A DNA stretch of 64,000 nucleotides from Candidatus Iainarchaeum sp. (GCA_030649735.1 JAUSFL010000035.1:5044-69043); one strand, 5' to 3'. Numbered from the stretch's first letter, positions 8,755 to 18,720 are shown. Program-made: numbers and translations. Notes: generated by a model not told the origin, from the letters alone.

Positions 8755-9540
8755 ATGCTGAAAACTTTGGATTTTGTGCTTTGTGCCTGGAAGCTCCAGT
8801 TCAAGACTTTGTTTGAGTACAAGAAAAGCTTCGCAATTTCAGCAATCACAATGGTAGTGAATGACTTTTTCATGGTTTTCTTCTGGTATGTTTTCTTCAA
8901 TGTAATGCCAAAGATTGCTGGCTGGGGCTTGAATGAAACAATCCTTTTGGTTGGGTTTACAGCAACTGCCTTTGGAGTTTATGCATTGCTTTTTGCGGGA
9001 GCGAGAAACTTCAACGAGTTTGTCGCAAACGGAGAACTGGATTTTTTCCTTTTGAAGCCAAAAAACATCCTGCTGCACGTCTGTGTCTCAAAAACAGACA
9101 TTTCCGCCGCCGGAGAGTTTGTTTTTGGCTGGATTTGCCTTTTGATTTCCGGCTATTTCAGCCTTGGAAACTTCATTTTGTTCAATGCATTTGCTTTTTT
9201 GAGCGGAATAATTTTTGTCTTCACTTTCATCCTGATAAGCCTGCCCGCGTTCTTCATTCCAAAAACTGACGTTTTATACCACAACTTGTGGAATTCCACA
9301 ATTCATTTTGCGACATACCCGACAGACTTCTTTTCAGGCTTTGTAAAGTTCATTCTGGTCTTTATTATTCCGGCATTTTTCATTACCACTCTTCCAGTCC
9401 AGACACTGACTCATTTTTCCTGGATGAGCGTCTTAATTTTGTTTGCTTTCGCAATTGTTTTTGGATTTACAGTAAGCTTTTTGTTCAAGTTGTGCCTTAA
9501 AAGATACGAGTCCGGCAATTCAATTGCATTGAGAACTTGA
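8755..9540 (+). CDS. ABC-2 type transporter permease
   Basis: GW..NE, GELDFFLLKP, YP, KRYESGN motifs typical of the partner permease. Confidence 0.85.
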   Translation: MLKTLDFVLCAWKLQFKTLFEYKKSFAISAITMVVNDFFMVFFWYVFFNVMPKIAGWGLNETILLVGFTATAFGVYALLFAGARNFNEFVANGELDFFLLKPKNILLHVCVSKTDISAAGEFVFGWICLLISGYFSLGNFILFNAFAFLSGIIFVFTFILISLPAFFIPKTDVLYHNLWNSTIHFATYPTDFFSGFVKFILVFIIPAFFITTLPVQTLTHFSWMSVLILFAFAIVFGFTVSFLFKLCLKRYESGNSIALRT

Positions 9541-9549
9541 GGTGGGAGA

Positions 9550-9864
9550 ATGGGTTTTAAGAAAGCGCAAAAAGACGTTGAAGAATGGGTTTCGCAATAC
9601 ACTGAAGGCTATTGGCCGCCCTTGGCAATAATTTCAAGGCTTACTGAAGAGACAGGCGAGCTTGCTCGCGAAGTGAACCATCGCTTTGGTCCCAAAAAGA
9701 AAAAATCCACTGAAGAAAATGCCGAAGTCGCTGACGAAATCGCTGATGTGATTTTCACCTTGTGCTGCCTTGCAAACTCTCAAGGAATTGACCTTGATGA
9801 GGCTTGGGAAAAAATGATGCAAAAATTAAGGACCCGCGACGACAAAAGGTTTGAAAAAAAGTGA
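9550..9864 (+). CDS. MazG-like nucleotide pyrophosphohydrolase (YpjD-like)
   Basis: RLTEETGELAREVNH...EIADVIF...ANSQGIDL...RDDKRF. Confidence 0.9.
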   Translation: MGFKKAQKDVEEWVSQYTEGYWPPLAIISRLTEETGELAREVNHRFGPKKKKSTEENAEVADEIADVIFTLCCLANSQGIDLDEAWEKMMQKLRTRDDKRFEKK

Positions 9865-10854
9865 TTACTTTCTTTTGTAAATTTCTTCAATGATTTCCTC
9901 AACTGGCGGATCAGAGATTGTGATGTCTTCGATTCCCTCAAGCTTTGCGACTTCTTTCAAGAATTCCTTGATTGGCTTTTTCTTGCAGTCAACCTCTAGC
10001 TTGAATCCCAAGTCGTCCTTGGATTTTCTCAAGACCTTGCAGTTCTTGATTTTAAAATCCTGCACTTTGTCCTCAAAAAGCACGCTCACGACTTTCTTGT
10101 TCAAGTAATTCCTTTTCAGCTCAGTGACTGAATTGTCATAAATTGTCTTTCCATGGTTGATTATCATTATTCTCTTGCAAAGGCTTTCAATGTCTGAAAC
10201 ATCATGCGATGTCAAAAAAATTGTTGTTCCTTCCTCTCGGTTCAATCTTTTGATTTCTTCGCGAAACTTGCGTTTGGCAATCAAGTCAAGGCCAATTGTC
10301 GGCTCGTCCAAGAACAATATTTCCGGATTGTGCAATAGCGATGCAATCAATTCGCATTTCATTCTTTGCCCCAAGCTCAATTTTCTCACTGGCTGGTTGA
10401 CGAATTCTTTCGCTTCCATTCTTTCAATCAATTCATCCCGACGCTTTTCAAATTGGGCTTTTGGGAGCTCGTAAATTTTTCCCATGAGCTCGAAAGAGTC
10501 CATTGCGGGCAAGTGCATCCATAACTGGCTTTTCTGTCCGAACACTGTCCCAATCTTGAAAGCGAGCTTTTGTCTTTGCTTCCACGGGTCAAAGCCAGCC
10601 ACGCTTGCGCTTCCGCCGGATGGAGTTAAAATTCCAGTGAGCATTTTAATCGTTGTTGACTTTCCAGCGCCATTAGGCCCGATGAACGCGAGCATTTCCC
10701 CGCCTTCAACTTCAAAGCTTACTTTGTTGACTGCGTGAATTTTTTTCTTTTCAGAACTCACAAGCGCTTTTAACGCGCCCGCAAGGCCCGGCTTTCTTTC
10801 ACTAAACTCAAAGTCTTTGGAAAGTCCGCTGACTGTGATGATTGGCTCGCTCAT
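9865..10854 (-). CDS. ABC transporter ATP-binding protein
   Basis: GPNGAGKST, LSLGQ, LFLDEPT, TSH. Confidence 0.95.
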   Translation of the reverse strand: MSEPIITVSGLSKDFEFSERKPGLAGALKALVSSEKKKIHAVNKVSFEVEGGEMLAFIGPNGAGKSTTIKMLTGILTPSGGSASVAGFDPWKQRQKLAFKIGTVFGQKSQLWMHLPAMDSFELMGKIYELPKAQFEKRRDELIERMEAKEFVNQPVRKLSLGQRMKCELIASLLHNPEILFLDEPTIGLDLIAKRKFREEIKRLNREEGTTIFLTSHDVSDIESLCKRIMIINHGKTIYDNSVTELKRNYLNKKVVSVLFEDKVQDFKIKNCKVLRKSKDDLGFKLEVDCKKKPIKEFLKEVAKLEGIEDITISDPPVEEIIEEIYKRK

Positions 10855-10922
10855 GCTAGAATCACGCGCTGGCAGAATTTAAAATTGCTGTTTTAAAAGA
10901 ACTGAAAAGCCCAAAACCTGAT

Positions 10923-11483
10923 TTAATTCTTGACTTCTTTGATTTTTTCAAAAAGCCTTTCGAATTTTATGTAGCCTGATTTTTTGTTGAAGTGGCCAGC
11001 GCCTTTAACTATGATAAATTCCGCGCCGAGCTTTTCAGCCAATTCCTTGCCTTTTGCCAGTGGGACAAAAGGGTCGTTGTCTGAATGGAACACTACAAAT
11101 TTTCTGCAGTTCTCTCGGATTTTCTTCCAATCGAACTCCCGCTCTGCAAAGCTGGCATTCAATTTATCCAATTCAGAGTCTCCCAATTTTCCAATAAATC
11201 CAGAAATCAGGAATGCTGCCTGGATTTGCTTCGGGCTTTGCTCTAAAAGAGAAAGTATGAAAGCGCAGCCAATGCTGTGCCCGATGATTATTGAGTTTTC
11301 ATTCAATTCTCTTTCAAAGTCTTCAAAGCGTTTCATCCAGTTTTCCAGGCTTTGGCCTTCAGGCGTTGGAAATTCAGGCACAAAAACCTTGTTGTGCTCT
11401 TTAGTCAGCTGTGCCTTAAGCCAGGGAAACCAGTTTTCTTGAGGGTTTCCGAAAGCCCCGTGAATTATGAAAAAATTAGTCAT
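10923..11483 (-). CDS. RBBP9/YdeN family alpha/beta serine hydrolase
   Basis: IIHG, NWFPWL, GHSIG, SDNDPFV, GAGHF. Confidence 0.9.
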   Translation of the reverse strand: MTNFFIIHGAFGNPQENWFPWLKAQLTKEHNKVFVPEFPTPEGQSLENWMKRFEDFERELNENSIIIGHSIGCAFILSLLEQSPKQIQAAFLISGFIGKLGDSELDKLNASFAEREFDWKKIRENCRKFVVFHSDNDPFVPLAKGKELAEKLGAEFIIVKGAGHFNKKSGYIKFERLFEKIKEVKN

Positions 11484-11496
11484 AAGCTAAATTAGG

Positions 11497-11820
11497 TTAG
11501 TAAAGTATCTTATCCACTTCTTTTTCGATTAAAGAATCAAGGATTGCCGTGGTTTCAAAATCAAGGCTGCTTTTCCTGCGCACGAATTCTTTTTCTTCCC
11601 CGCGCACTACTCCATCAATGTATCTTCCGATAGAATTCCAGGGAACTCCGGGAAAACTCATTTTCTCGGCTTTTTTGCGCGAATTGAAAACCACTGTTGC
11701 CCTGCCTTGGCCTGAAAGGCTTTTCAATTGCTTTTCAAGCGGCATTTTGACTGTTTCCGCGGGCTTTTCCAAATCCTGCCTTGGAGCATCAGTCCTTTTC
11801 AAAAAATCAAGCATTCCCAT
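11497..11820 (-). CDS. Hypothetical protein
   Basis: Clean ATG ORF with TATA-like element upstream; co-oriented with neighbours. Confidence 0.55.
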   Translation of the reverse strand: MGMLDFLKRTDAPRQDLEKPAETVKMPLEKQLKSLSGQGRATVVFNSRKKAEKMSFPGVPWNSIGRYIDGVVRGEEKEFVRRKSSLDFETTAILDSLIEKEVDKILY

Positions 11821-11915
11821 TTCATTTCACACAGAGTATTATAGCAAAAACTAATATTTAAACATTATTTGAGAGCTTTAAAAACTGTCTTTTCATTCTT
11901 CATCCATTAACCGCA

Positions 11916-12968
11916 TTAATTCCCAAGTGCTTGCGAAATCCTGTCGCGTATGCCCTGCAAATAATCATTATAGTTGACTTGCTTTACTGTCCTTGATTCT
12001 GCAAGCGGTTTTTCGCCCTTGCTGTTCGCTGCGTTAAGAATCATTTGCTCATAACCGGCAGGCTCAATAAAACACATTTCTGTTTGAGTACGAACGCGCA
12101 ATATTGAGGCTTCCGCGGGAGAGTAATCATCATACTTGCCGAACTGGGAAGCAGGATAGTATTTTCCGTCATTTAGGTTCGCCAAATAAGTTGTTTTCTT
12201 TGACTTCAATTCTTCAACGCTTTTGAAACCGTCCACAAATTGGTCATTGTATTCTATGATGCTAATGCAATTTTCCCTTGACGTTCTAGTGCTTTCGCAT
12301 TCTGAAACTCCAGAGCACACTGGCTTTTCTACTATTCCAGTTCCTGCAATTGCCTGTCCTTTGCTGCAAAGGCTGCAGTATGGCGGGTTTATTGCGCCGT
12401 TAGTGCAGGAATTGTCAGGGCTTGAAATGCAAGTGCCATAATATTCTCTTTTAACTTCAGTGTTGACGCTGTTGTAAGGGAATAACGCCCACCTTTCAAA
12501 CTCCAGGCCTTCTTCATTCACTTCTGGGGCAGAACTTGAAGACGGGATTTTTGCCTTGCTTAAATAAGAATAAGTGAACCAAGTTCCTGAACTGCAGGAA
12601 TCGCATTGCGGCGGGTTTGAAGCGCCATTAGCGCATGCTTTTGGAACGCATTGATTGCCTTTAAGTTCGTCAGTGCGCCAGCATTCATTGCACATTGGCG
12701 GATTGGCTGCCTTGTTGTCGCATATTTTGCAATCAACCATTACTTTTGTTCCAGCTCCAGTTCCTCCGCCAGTTCCGCTGCCAGAACCGCCACTACCTCC
12801 AGAGCCAGTATTGCCTCCGCTTCCTCCAGAGCCATTGCCCAAACCGCCGTTTCCTCCACCGGCAATTGCGTTAAAGTCATTTCTGTCTGCTCCATTAATT
12901 GGGCCTTGAGAGCAGCCGGCAAGCATTATTGCGGCCAAAACAATCAGGATTATTATTGCCTTTTTCAT
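11916..12968 (-). CDS. Lipoprotein with Gly-rich linker and three Cys-rich CxNxAxNPPxCxxC repeats
   Basis: LAGC lipobox; GGSGG linker; CDNKAANPPMCNEC, CANGASNPPQCDSC, CTNGAINPPYCSLC. Confidence 0.8.
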   Translation of the reverse strand: MKKAIIILIVLAAIMLAGCSQGPINGADRNDFNAIAGGGNGGLGNGSGGSGGNTGSGGSGGSGSGTGGGTGAGTKVMVDCKICDNKAANPPMCNECWRTDELKGNQCVPKACANGASNPPQCDSCSSGTWFTYSYLSKAKIPSSSSAPEVNEEGLEFERWALFPYNSVNTEVKREYYGTCISSPDNSCTNGAINPPYCSLCSKGQAIAGTGIVEKPVCSGVSECESTRTSRENCISIIEYNDQFVDGFKSVEELKSKKTTYLANLNDGKYYPASQFGKYDDYSPAEASILRVRTQTEMCFIEPAGYEQMILNAANSKGEKPLAESRTVKQVNYNDYLQGIRDRISQALGN

Positions 12969-13057
12969 GATCTAAAGTTTTTAGCGCTCTTTTATTTAAA
13001 AGCCTTTCTTGGCTTGTTTTTAATCGGCCTTGTAACTTAGAGTTTTTTAAACAATGC

Positions 13058-14230
13058 TTGAGATTATTATTTGAAGGTTTTTTCTTGGGTGCGGTTTTTG
13101 AGACTTCAATGAGTGTTGCGCAAGCCGTAAAGCTCGCCAAAGTCAATGTCTTTCCAATGTATCCAATCACTCCAGCCACGCACATTGCTGAAGAAATTTC
13201 CAAAATGGTTGCAAATGGGGAAATTAATACTGAAGTGATTACTGTGGAAAGCGAGCATTCCGCGCTTTCAGCGGCAATGGGGTCTATTGCTTCAGGCGCC
13301 CGCACTTTTACGACAACCAGTTCTCAAGGCCTGGCTTTAATGTTTGAAATTTTGCCGATAATTTCCGGCAATAGATTGCCAATGGTAATGGCGGTTGCAA
13401 ACAGGGCTCTTTCGGCGCCAATCAATATTTGGAACGACCATTCTGACGCTGTTTCCTGCAGGGACCAAGGCTGGATTCAATTATGGGTTGAAAGCTCTCA
13501 AGAGGCATTGGACGCTACAATTCAGGCCTTTAAAATTTCTGAAGACCTTTCAGTGCAGTTGCCTGTAATGGTAAACCTTGACGGTTTTACACTATCGCAT
13601 GTTTTTGAGCCGGTTGACGTGCCAGAGCAAAAGAAAGTTGATTCTTTCCTGCCGGAATTTGCGCCAGTGAATATTTTAGACCCGAAAAACCCAAAAACTT
13701 TTGGCCCGATTGCTTTCCCGAACGTTTACATGGAATTCCGCAAGGATTTGGATGATGCAATGCTTGCTTCAGAGGCAGTTATTGAAAAAGCCAATAAGGA
13801 TTTTGCAAAAATTTTCAATCGCTCTTACGGAGACGGCCTTTTAGACTTGTATAAAATGGAAGACGCGGAGTTTGCAATCATTGGAATGGGCTCTCTTTGC
13901 GGCACAGCGCGTTCTGTAATTGACAAATTGCGCAAAGAAAAGAAAAAAGTTGGCTTGATAAGGCTTCGCACTTTACGCCCTTTCCCTAAAGCCCGCTTGC
14001 TTAAGGCCTGCAAAAATTTGAAGGCATTGGCTGTTATTGACAGGCATGTTTCTTACGGTTTTGAAGGCCCATTGCTCACTGATGTTCGTTCTGCATTTTT
14101 TGAAGAAAAGAAACGGCCTTTCATTAATGGCTTTATTGCAGGGCTTGGCGGGAGAGACATTACTGAACAGCATTTGCAAAAGGCATTAGAGCTTGCAATG
14201 CAGGAAAAGCAAGGCGAGTGGTTGTTTTGA
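13058..14230 (+). CDS. porA: Pyruvate/2-oxoacid:ferredoxin oxidoreductase alpha subunit
   Basis: YPITP, VESEHSA, TSSQGLALM, NRALSAPINIWNDHSD, GLGGRD. True start may be TTG at 13085. Confidence 0.95.
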   Translation: MRLLFEGFFLGAVFETSMSVAQAVKLAKVNVFPMYPITPATHIAEEISKMVANGEINTEVITVESEHSALSAAMGSIASGARTFTTTSSQGLALMFEILPIISGNRLPMVMAVANRALSAPINIWNDHSDAVSCRDQGWIQLWVESSQEALDATIQAFKISEDLSVQLPVMVNLDGFTLSHVFEPVDVPEQKKVDSFLPEFAPVNILDPKNPKTFGPIAFPNVYMEFRKDLDDAMLASEAVIEKANKDFAKIFNRSYGDGLLDLYKMEDAEFAIIGMGSLCGTARSVIDKLRKEKKKVGLIRLRTLRPFPKARLLKACKNLKALAVIDRHVSYGFEGPLLTDVRSAFFEEKKRPFINGFIAGLGGRDITEQHLQKALELAMQEKQGEWLF

Positions 14231-15144
14231 CTATTAACGGATTGGAAGAGTTTGAAGGCTTTGCATCAGGCCATAATGCCTGTTCAGGCTGCCTTGAGGC
14301 TTTAGTGCTCAGGCACGTGATTAAGGCGAGTGGACCGAACACCATTGCTGTTTCAGCGACTGGCTGCATGGAAGTAATTAGCACTGGCTTTCCGCAAACT
14401 TCCTGGCAAATTCCATGGATTCACTCTGCCTTTGAGAACGCTTCTGCAGTTGCTTCAGGAATTGATGCCGCATTAAAGGCTTTGGGAAAGCGGGAAAACG
14501 TGAACATCATAGTTTTTGGCGGCGATGGAGCGACTTTTGACATTGGCTTTCAATCGCTTTCTGGCGCAATGGAGCGCGGCCACAAGTTCTTGTACATTGT
14601 TACAGACAATGAAGCCTACGCCAACACTGGGGTTCAAAGAAGCAGTGCGACTTTTCCATTCGCCAACACTACAACAACTCCGGCCGGCAAGAAAAGCTCT
14701 GGAAAGCTCGAGCCAAAAAAGCCATTGGATTTAATTATGGCGGCTCACGGAATTCCTTACATTGCCACTGCAACTCCGGCAAATGCCTTGGACATTTCCC
14801 GCAAAGTGAAAAAGGCGCTTTCAATCAATGCGCCGACTTTACTTCACGTGCTTTCCCCATGCGTTAAAAGCTGGGGTTATGCAGGCCCTAATGGCGTTGA
14901 CTTGGCAAGGCTTGCAATCCAAACCCGCGTGTTTCCTTTAATGGAAATTGAAAAAGGCGTTCTAACTTTCACGCAAAAAGTCGAAAAGCAAAACGCAAGG
15001 CCTGTTGAAGAATACTTGATGCCTCAAAATCGCTTCAAGCATTTGACTCCGGACTTGACAAGAAAAATCCAAGAGTACGTGAACGCGCGCTACGAGTTCT
15101 TGGAAAGCATTGAAGGAAAGAAAGCGTTTGACGTGCTTTACTGA
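14218..15144 (+). CDS. porB: Pyruvate/2-oxoacid:ferredoxin oxidoreductase beta subunit (TPP-binding)
   Basis: GHNACSGC, ATGCMEV, GGDG...DIG, DNEAYANTG.QRS, SPC. Confidence 0.95.
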   Translation: MVVLTINGLEEFEGFASGHNACSGCLEALVLRHVIKASGPNTIAVSATGCMEVISTGFPQTSWQIPWIHSAFENASAVASGIDAALKALGKRENVNIIVFGGDGATFDIGFQSLSGAMERGHKFLYIVTDNEAYANTGVQRSSATFPFANTTTTPAGKKSSGKLEPKKPLDLIMAAHGIPYIATATPANALDISRKVKKALSINAPTLLHVLSPCVKSWGYAGPNGVDLARLAIQTRVFPLMEIEKGVLTFTQKVEKQNARPVEEYLMPQNRFKHLTPDLTRKIQEYVNARYEFLESIEGKKAFDVLY

Positions 15145-15663
15145 TTAAGCATTTCTTAAAATCAGCACGCAATAAGTTTCGCTTTTGTCAGGAAAGCTTG
15201 TTCCGCCATCGCCGCATTGCATTTCGCCAGTGGCAATGCTTTGGTTCTGCAAGTCTGCTGCAAGTCTTTTTGCAGCATCGCAGATTATTCCAAGTCTTGC
15301 TCTTTGGGAATTGCCGGAATATCTTAAAATTACATTATTTTCCGTTTGGATGAATTGAAAAGTATTGTTTGCTGAAAAATCGCCTTTCCCAATGCAAAGC
15401 TGCGTGGGCGAAATGTTCTTTGACTGCTGTGCGATTGATTTCCCGTTTAGGGTTGGGTTCATTTTATTGAATGTTGTTAGCGGGCTTTCAAGGTATCTTG
15501 TGTTGTTTAATAAGCCATACTTAACACGGTCCGCCGCTACTTTGTCTACTGGAATGCCCCCCTCTCCAATTGGGCCAAATCCGGGAGATAAAACAAGAAA
15601 TATTATTGCGGCCAGTAAGATTATTATTAAAATTGCGATTCCAATCTTTTGAATTCTATTCAT
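15145..15663 (-). CDS. N-terminally anchored/secreted hypothetical protein (pilin-like)
   Basis: Hydrophobic N-terminal helix; four Cys in the extracellular part. Confidence 0.6.
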   Translation of the reverse strand: MNRIQKIGIAILIIILLAAIIFLVLSPGFGPIGEGGIPVDKVAADRVKYGLLNNTRYLESPLTTFNKMNPTLNGKSIAQQSKNISPTQLCIGKGDFSANNTFQFIQTENNVILRYSGNSQRARLGIICDAAKRLAADLQNQSIATGEMQCGDGGTSFPDKSETYCVLILRNA

Positions 15664-15688
15664 GATTTAGAACAAGTGTTTTGTGTAT

Positions 15689-17233
15689 TTATTCTTTTGG
15701 CTTTTCCTTGCGCTTTCTTTTGACTATCTTGTCTGCTGTCTGGACAACGCCTTCGATTGCGTGCTCTACTCTGTTATCTATTTCGTGCATTTCGTCCTTG
15801 ATTATTTTCGGAAGTTTTGCAATGTTGTGGGCTGTTTTTTCAGTGCGCGTGGCGAGCGTTGTGATTAATTCGACTGTAAATCCCTTGAATGGGTTTCCGA
15901 CTATGGCGTTGTAGAACATTTGCCTGTCCTTGATTTCTTCAACCAGCCTTACTTCCTTGATCCTGTTTTGGAAAACATACCACACGCCAATTCTTGCAAA
16001 AAAGCAAATCAGGAATATTGCCAAAAGATTTATCTTGAATATTAAAAAGTCATTCGGGATTATTGTCGCGAGAATTCCTCCAATCATTGCCCCGATGAAA
16101 ACTCCGGTTCCGTTGAAAATGTTGTAGTATGCCGCGCAGCGCGTTCTTTTTTCAGGGGTTGTGGTGTCGAAGATGAAGTTTCCAGCCGCGAGGTTGAATC
16201 CAGCCCAGAAAAAGCCGGAAATGAAGAATTCGCAAAGGAAAATCAGCACCGGGTCCTTGAACAAGAACCAGTATAATGGAATTAATGAAACCATTAGTCC
16301 GCAAACCCGCAGGATTTTTTGGTTTCCAAAGCGGTCTGCTATTGGCCCCCAATATTGCATCATGAAAAGCGTTGAAATCATTGGCGCTATTGCGATTAGG
16401 GTAAAAGTCAAATAGTCAAAATGCAAGTATCTTAATTGGTAGACTGCAAAGAATGGCGCCGCAATGTTGACTGCCAATGAAAGGCAGCTTACGTAAAGCA
16501 CGAAGTTTCCAAAATTATTGCTGCGCATTTTGCTGATGAATTGCGGAAATGTGAATTGGGCGGCCCTATTTGGGATGAACTGCGGGTCGTGCATTTTCAT
16601 CAGGAAGTGGCGTGAAATCATTCTTGCAAGAAAGCTTATGAAAAACAATGCGGCAAAGCCGTACAGTATTTTGCTTTGCGGGAAAATGTTCAGGTAAAAT
16701 CCCGCAAAAAGAGTTATTAGAAGAGTTATTGTTCCTGCTGCCGCGTTTCGCATTCCAAAATAAGTTCCCCGGTTTTCAATGGGCACTAAATCCCCCATCA
16801 GGCTTTGCCAAATTGGGCCGACAATTGCGCCGAAAACCGTGAACATTGTGTAAAATATTATCACAAACCATACAATCCAGGAAGAATTCAATCCAGTGAA
16901 AATGAAAGGCGCGAGCAGTATTGGAATCCAGGTTATTGCCTGCAGGAACACGAAAATTCCAATGAGTTTTTTCCTGTCTTTCACGATTTCCAAAAGCTCT
17001 GAAGAAAGCAGTTGAATCCATGCTGAAAGCAATTGCGGTATTGAAACAAGCATTGAGATTTGAAAATTAGTGGCTTTTAATGCGACAGCAAAGGCGTTCA
17101 TGAAGTTGATTCCAGCGCCTTGCATTACATTGAATGCCATTGCGTCCTTGACTGAAGCGTCAAGGCTTTTTTTGACTTTTTCCCCTTTTTCTTTTTGAAT
17201 TCCAGCTATCTTTTGCTTTTCTAAAGAATCCAT
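15689..17233 (-). CDS. MFS transporter
   Basis: About 12 TM helices; WQSLMGDLVP..RG.YFG.RN, GPIADRFGNQK. Confidence 0.88.
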   Translation of the reverse strand: MDSLEKQKIAGIQKEKGEKVKKSLDASVKDAMAFNVMQGAGINFMNAFAVALKATNFQISMLVSIPQLLSAWIQLLSSELLEIVKDRKKLIGIFVFLQAITWIPILLAPFIFTGLNSSWIVWFVIIFYTMFTVFGAIVGPIWQSLMGDLVPIENRGTYFGMRNAAAGTITLLITLFAGFYLNIFPQSKILYGFAALFFISFLARMISRHFLMKMHDPQFIPNRAAQFTFPQFISKMRSNNFGNFVLYVSCLSLAVNIAAPFFAVYQLRYLHFDYLTFTLIAIAPMISTLFMMQYWGPIADRFGNQKILRVCGLMVSLIPLYWFLFKDPVLIFLCEFFISGFFWAGFNLAAGNFIFDTTTPEKRTRCAAYYNIFNGTGVFIGAMIGGILATIIPNDFLIFKINLLAIFLICFFARIGVWYVFQNRIKEVRLVEEIKDRQMFYNAIVGNPFKGFTVELITTLATRTEKTAHNIAKLPKIIKDEMHEIDNRVEHAIEGVVQTADKIVKRKRKEKPKE

Positions 17234-17360
17234 TTTCCAAACCCTTTGTTTTAAAGATTGAAGGCTGGAAGGTTTTTAACAAATTGCATTATAATTAATT
17301 AGCAATTGTTTTCTTGGATTTCTTTAGAGAAAAAGAGAAACAGAATAGAAAATAGCCCAA

Positions 17361-17432
17361 CTACATAATAGAAAGATAATACATAATTACTTAGAAAAGC
17401 TACATAATACACAGGATTAAGCTACATAATAG
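17361..17432. repeat. Four direct repeats of TACATAAT upstream of ftsZ
   Basis: TACATAAT at 17362, 17380, 17401, 17423; three extend to CTACATAATA. Confidence 0.85.
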
Positions 17433-17568
17433 TATATTTTTCAAACTATTTGACTACTATTTTATTCATTGTCTTAACTGTTTTCGTTAATCGTAGAGTA
17501 AAGTATTTAAATAGAAAAAGCAGAAGTCTATAAATTTCATTTTTATACTACATTGGGGTGATTTTTGA

Positions 17569-18660
17569 ATGAAATCTATTTTAGAAAGCGCAGTCACTAA
17601 AGGTGGTTCAAAAGCACGCGAAGACGATTCCAGAATTGAAGAGTTTGGAGCTCCAAAAATTATGGTTATCGGATGCGGTGGTGCAGGATGCAACACAGTT
17701 AACAGACTCGCAAACATGGGAATAAGCGGCGCTCAATTGATCGGAATTAACACAGACAAGCAGCACTTGGCCTTGATTAACGATGAAATCACAAAGATTT
17801 TAATCGGAAAATCAGTTACAAGAGGACTCGGAGCTGGAGGATATCCAGAAATCGGAGCCAAAGCAGCAGAAGTTTCAAAGCAAGCTTTGGAAGAAGCATT
17901 AAGCGGCGTTGACATGCTCTTTATTAGCGCTGGAATGGGTGGAGGAACTGGAACAGGATCTGCGCCAGTCGTTGCAGGAATTGCAAAAGAACAAGGGGCA
18001 ATTGTTATCGGAATAGTCACATACCCTTTTGCTCTGGAAAAAGCAAGATTGATTAAAGCAGAAGAAGGACTAGACAAGCTTTTGGGATGCACTGACACTG
18101 TAATTGTCATTGACAACAACAGATTGGTCGAATTAGTGCCAAACTTGCCAATTTCTGACGCATTCAAAGTTGCAGACGAAGTAATCGCAAGAACTGTCAG
18201 AGGAATTACTGAAACCATTACCCAGCCTTCATTAATCAACTTGGATTTTGCAGATGTCAGAAGCATCATGGGAAACCAAGGATTAAGCATGATTGCTGTT
18301 GGAGAATCAAAATCAGTAAACAAAGTCGAAGAAGTTGTCGAAGACACCTTGAAGAACGCATTGTTGGACGTTGACATTGCAGGAGCTTCAGGAGCATTAA
18401 TCCACATTACTGGCGGTCCAGAATTGACTTTGGGAGAAGCAAACGCTGTCGGCGAAATGCTTACAGAAAACATCGACCCTAAAGCAACAGTCATTTGGGG
18501 AGCCAGAGTAGACCCGACTTTCGAAAACAAGATTGAAGTAATCGCAATCTTCACTGGAGTCCACAGCCCGTTCATCAAGAGCGGTTCAGCAAGGCAGCCA
18601 CAGCAAAAGTACGGCTATACGAGCAGAGACAAAGACTTCGGAATAGACTACATCAAGTAA
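17569..18660 (+). CDS. ftsZ: Cell division protein FtsZ (FtsZ2-like N-terminus)
   Basis: GCGGAGCN, GAGG.PE.G, GMGGGTGTG, INLDFADV; GGGGTGA SD. Confidence 0.97.
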   Translation: MKSILESAVTKGGSKAREDDSRIEEFGAPKIMVIGCGGAGCNTVNRLANMGISGAQLIGINTDKQHLALINDEITKILIGKSVTRGLGAGGYPEIGAKAAEVSKQALEEALSGVDMLFISAGMGGGTGTGSAPVVAGIAKEQGAIVIGIVTYPFALEKARLIKAEEGLDKLLGCTDTVIVIDNNRLVELVPNLPISDAFKVADEVIARTVRGITETITQPSLINLDFADVRSIMGNQGLSMIAVGESKSVNKVEEVVEDTLKNALLDVDIAGASGALIHITGGPELTLGEANAVGEMLTENIDPKATVIWGARVDPTFENKIEVIAIFTGVHSPFIKSGSARQPQQKYGYTSRDKDFGIDYIK

Positions 18661-18675
18661 TTAAGTAAAATTTCA

Positions 18676-18720
18676 AAAGGGAAAGGGAATGATTTCCCTT
18701 CCTTTTTCTCTTTCTTTTTC
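18676..18720 (+). terminator. Hairpin plus T-rich tract after ftsZ
   Basis: AAGGGAA-TGAT-TTCCCTT stem followed by CCTTTTTCTCTTTCTTTTTC. Confidence 0.6.

Noticed and set aside
17733-18578. Long antisense ORFs (here opposite ftsZ; also 39289-40188, 47506-48132 and others)
   Set aside because: Shadow frames of well-supported genes with no motifs of their own.
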